Source of the DNA: Promethearchaeum syntrophicum
GTDB lineage: Archaea; Asgardarchaeota; Lokiarchaeia; Sigyniarchaeales; Promethearchaeaceae
Direction: 5' to 3'
Length of the DNA: 32,000 nt
Assembly: GCF_008000775.2 (NCBI RefSeq)
Contig: NZ_CP042905.2
Coordinates: forward strand, 1,200,001 to 1,232,000
Part shown: piece after piece, positions 29,012 through 32,000 of the stretch
Layout of the letters: each line of letters starts with the position of its first letter
How positions within the stretch are numbered: the stretch's first letter is position 1
Notes under the pieces: model-generated
What the model saw: only the letters and a program-made list of their open reading frames with translations
Database searches by the model: none
Told to the model about the DNA's origin: nothing
Program-made: the position numbers and the translations under genes

Positions 29012-31129
29012 TTATTTTTTACCAAATTCAATTAAACTATAATCTGAACTTATTTCTGTATATTTATAAGGAATTCCATCAGCTAGATAGAATTTTCCGA
29101 AGAATTCATAGAATGTTAATCTCAAAGCATGGATTCCTGCCAACATTCCTTCAAGAAGAATAACAAATAGATTACCAAATACTACAATCACTCCGATAGC
29201 TACTACAGAATCAAACATTTCAACAATTTTCATGACAACAAGCATTAATCCCATATGCGCCATTGCTAAAGCTAAGAGCCTTGAATAACTTGCTACATTG
29301 GAGAGGATACTTAAGAAAGTCTCTCCAACATCAACTGCCTGTTCTCCTAGCAATCCGCCAACAGATTCATTTTTCAAATATTTAATACCAAAAATTCTTC
29401 CTATAGGTTTACTAATCAATAAAAATATTGCTGGAATAATGGATAATAATATAGGATAAGGAATAGAAGAATTAGGAGAAAGCCATTTGGTTATATCAAA
29501 ATTATATGTAAATATCACTATTGCTCCTCCAATTAACATTAAGATTTTCAGAAATGGTTCAGCAAAAGCTAAAAAGACTTTTCCGTTATGAATGTCATTT
29601 ATCATTGCAAGAAACCAACCAATACAGATATGGACTACACCAACAAAAATTGACATTTTCAAAACTGTTGTAATATTATGCATAGGATTTACAAAAAGTG
29701 GCGTGAATAAACCTTCAACTCCAAAAAATGATCCATATAGCAAACCTCCAAGACAAGCCGCTAAACCTAACCAGATAAATAGAAATCCTGCATCATACAT
29801 ACTATTTTTTTTATTTTTTAGATTCATGACGGCCATTAAGACCCCTATAAGTATTAACACAAGACCTTGTCCTATGTCACCAAACATCAATCCAAATAAT
29901 AATGGATATGTTATTGCTACAATTGGTGTTGGATCTAACTCGGAATAATTTGAAACTCCATATAATTTTGTCAAAATTGTAAAGGGTTTAAAAATTTTAT
30001 TGGGTTTAATCAGAGAAGGTACAATCAATTTAGCTTTTATTCCTTCTTCCTCTTCATATTCATATTCTTCAGAATGCGTACCATGAATACTCTTTAAATT
30101 TGATTTTGATTTTTCTTTTGGTTGATCTTCCATTATGTGGGACACTATACGGATTTCGCCCTCAAATCTCTCGATTAAGGCAGTAGTTATCTCCTCTTTA
30201 TTTTCAGTTGGAATAAATGCCTTAAGTCTAATAATATCTCCCCTATATGTTTCTCTAAATTGTTTTTCAAGAAGATCATATTTTTTAAAACTCTGTAATA
30301 ATTCCATATATCCTCGAAATTTTGGGGCTTTATTTTTTTCTGAATCAATTAAAATCTTATTTTTTTCAATTCTTTCATTGCGAAATTTAATGACTTCATC
30401 TAATAAGATTAAATTTAAGCCAGATTCATTAAAATATACCTCAAAGTTTGTTATTTCAGTTGCGTTATGGCAAATTTCTGATATTTTTTGATGATAAGAA
30501 TGATGAAATATTGTAAAGAAAAAGGTGAAATTATCATCAAATTCTTTGAATTCGATTACTAGTGGTATTTCCTCATACTCTAAATTAACTTCCATATCAG
30601 TAAATTCCCCAGGTGTCGAATAAAATACTCTAAATTCCAACTGATTAAACCAATCTAAAGAAACACTTGTTGTATCGTACTCCGATAACCATATTAGGAT
30701 CTCTCTTAAGATCTCATCGTTTCTGATCTCTTCTTGAGTTACTTCAATATCTTTTATAAAACCTTTTAAATGTCGAATTTCAGGTGCAATTTGTTCATGT
30801 AATTGATTTATTCCATCAACCATTGATGAAATTACCATTTTATGTCTTAATTCTTTCTTAGGTTTTTCAATTTTCTCTGGTTCTAATTGGAAATGCTGGA
30901 AATAAAATATAATGTTATCTTCAATTTCACTAATTTTCTGTTTGATTTCGTCAAGAGCGGTGGATTCAGTCAAGAAATGTTCTCTTCGTAGATGATGGGG
31001 CGTCTTTTTTTCAGATTCTTCAAACAGTTTGATATGGATTTTATGTTTAGGAACTTCAATTAAAAACTGAGGTATTCTTGATTTATGAATTGAAATTTCC
31101 AGTAAACTCATTTTTTCGGGACGTAACAT
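29012..31129 (-). CDS. atpI: V/A-type ATP synthase subunit I (subunit a homologue)
   Basis: MLRPEKMSLLEI N-terminus; PTPIVAITYPLLFGLMFGDIGQGLVLILIGVLM; VDVGETFLSILSNVASYSRLLALAMAHMGLMLVV. Confidence 0.95.
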   Translation of the reverse strand: MLRPEKMSLLEISIHKSRIPQFLIEVPKHKIHIKLFEESEKKTPHHLRREHFLTESTALDEIKQKISEIEDNIIFYFQHFQLEPEKIEKPKKELRHKMVISSMVDGINQLHEQIAPEIRHLKGFIKDIEVTQEEIRNDEILREILIWLSEYDTTSVSLDWFNQLEFRVFYSTPGEFTDMEVNLEYEEIPLVIEFKEFDDNFTFFFTIFHHSYHQKISEICHNATEITNFEVYFNESGLNLILLDEVIKFRNERIEKNKILIDSEKNKAPKFRGYMELLQSFKKYDLLEKQFRETYRGDIIRLKAFIPTENKEEITTALIERFEGEIRIVSHIMEDQPKEKSKSNLKSIHGTHSEEYEYEEEEGIKAKLIVPSLIKPNKIFKPFTILTKLYGVSNYSELDPTPIVAITYPLLFGLMFGDIGQGLVLILIGVLMAVMNLKNKKNSMYDAGFLFIWLGLAACLGGLLYGSFFGVEGLFTPLFVNPMHNITTVLKMSIFVGVVHICIGWFLAMINDIHNGKVFLAFAEPFLKILMLIGGAIVIFTYNFDITKWLSPNSSIPYPILLSIIPAIFLLISKPIGRIFGIKYLKNESVGGLLGEQAVDVGETFLSILSNVASYSRLLALAMAHMGLMLVVMKIVEMFDSVVAIGVIVVFGNLFVILLEGMLAGIHALRLTFYEFFGKFYLADGIPYKYTEISSDYSLIEFGKK

Positions 31130-31149
31130 ATATTTTCACTAATTTTTTC

Positions 31150-31788
31150 TTAGTCTTTTTCAATATCCAAAAATTCTTTAATATTTTTCATTCTAATAAA
31201 TTCCTCACGTTCTTCATCATTCAAAATTTCAGTGATTGTTAGGATAGATGCAGATAAGCGTGGAATAATGATTTCGTCCAGGGCATCTATACGTCGAGTC
31301 ACTTTTTTATTTTCTTCAGCTACATGATAGAGTAGATAATCACTCTCTGCAAGTTTCATTATTATTTTCAATATTTCTCTTAACTTTTTAATTAAAATAT
31401 CGATATAAAGCGTTGTGCTGGAGTATGAATAAGTAGGAAATTTTTTTTTAGGAAGAATTAACTCAATTTTAGGGACGTCAATCCCCATAGAATGGATATA
31501 AGTAATCTCTATTTCTGGTTCTAATGTAGTTTTAGTCAAATTTGCAATTCGATTGATTTTCCTTATGCCAATCGTTTCATATGCCTTTTTAAGAAGTTTA
31601 ATATTTTCTAAAAAATGTTCTCGCATTTCTAATCTTAGATTAAAATAATCCTTCGAATATTCTCTTAGTAATTTAAGAATTTGCATTCTCTTTAAATCGA
31701 GGAGATTTTCCCCACGAAGAGAGAACTGTTTCTTTTTTTTTAGTGAGTCAAGCTCTGGCTTTGTATTTTTTAAATTCTTAAATGACAA
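31150..31788 (-). CDS. atpD: V/A-type ATP synthase subunit D
   Basis: KRMQILKLLREYSKDYF..., TLEPEIEI, YHVAEENKKVTRRIDALDEIIIPRLSASILTITEILNDEEREEFIRMKNIKEFL. TTG start, with the Shine-Dalgarno-like site inside the end of atpB. Confidence 0.93.
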   Translation of the reverse strand: MSFKNLKNTKPELDSLKKKKQFSLRGENLLDLKRMQILKLLREYSKDYFNLRLEMREHFLENIKLLKKAYETIGIRKINRIANLTKTTLEPEIEITYIHSMGIDVPKIELILPKKKFPTYSYSSTTLYIDILIKKLREILKIIMKLAESDYLLYHVAEENKKVTRRIDALDEIIIPRLSASILTITEILNDEEREEFIRMKNIKEFLDIEKD

Positions 31789-31794
31789 CTATTG

Positions 31795-32000
31795 TTATCT
31801 CCTTTTTACAAAATATTTTTTAATAAAATCTTTCTTAATCCTAGTTAATTCTCCCATTCCTAGGGGGCTCAATATATTCCAAGCAATATTTAGTGTCTCT
31901 TCGAAAGTTCTCTCAGTTTCTCCTTGATTGGCAAAGTAGGTCTCGAATAATTCTCCAAATTTTAAATACTTTTTATCAATGAGAGTTAAACTATCTGAAC
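31795..32000 (-). CDS. atpB: V/A-type ATP synthase subunit B, C-terminal fragment (continues past the window edge)
   Basis: My minus-strand translation: DSLTLIDKKYLKFGELFETYFANQGETERTFEETLNIAWNILSPLGMGELTRIKKDFIKKYFVKRR*. Confidence 0.93.
   Translation of the reverse strand, partial: SDSLTLIDKKYLKFGELFETYFANQGETERTFEETLNIAWNILSPLGMGELTRIKKDFIKKYFVKRR

Overview
AT-rich archaeal window, very probably Asgard archaeal. Supporting markers are a two-domain gelsolin-like gene, TFIIB/TFB, Cdc48, EndA-type tRNA endonuclease and archaeal/vacuolar-type ATPase subunits B, D and I. There are about 27 protein genes. I saw no rRNA, tRNA, CRISPR array or mobile element. The most unusual part is about 8.6-12.25 kb. 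It encodes (1) a gelsolin-like protein joined by an 18-bp-periodic Pro/Val repeat linker to a C-terminal zinc ribbon, (2) a 697-aa polyproline-rich protein with a single C-terminal transmembrane helix and a related linker, and (3) a stand-alone 61-aa copy of the same zinc ribbon. I propose these as a candidate membrane-linked actin-regulatory module (inference). Other points of interest: a beta-propeller protein with four C-terminal 'SKA...PRGY' modules; a TFB whose zinc ribbon extends upstream of every canonical start codon, towards a possible ATT start behind a Shine-Dalgarno-like site; an hsp20-hsp20-cdc48-HTH gene run with palindromes in the upstream region; a tocopherol-cyclase-like plus Rieske oxygenase pair; and a divergent OsmC/TusA-like pair. 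All family calls come from reading motifs, not from database searches.
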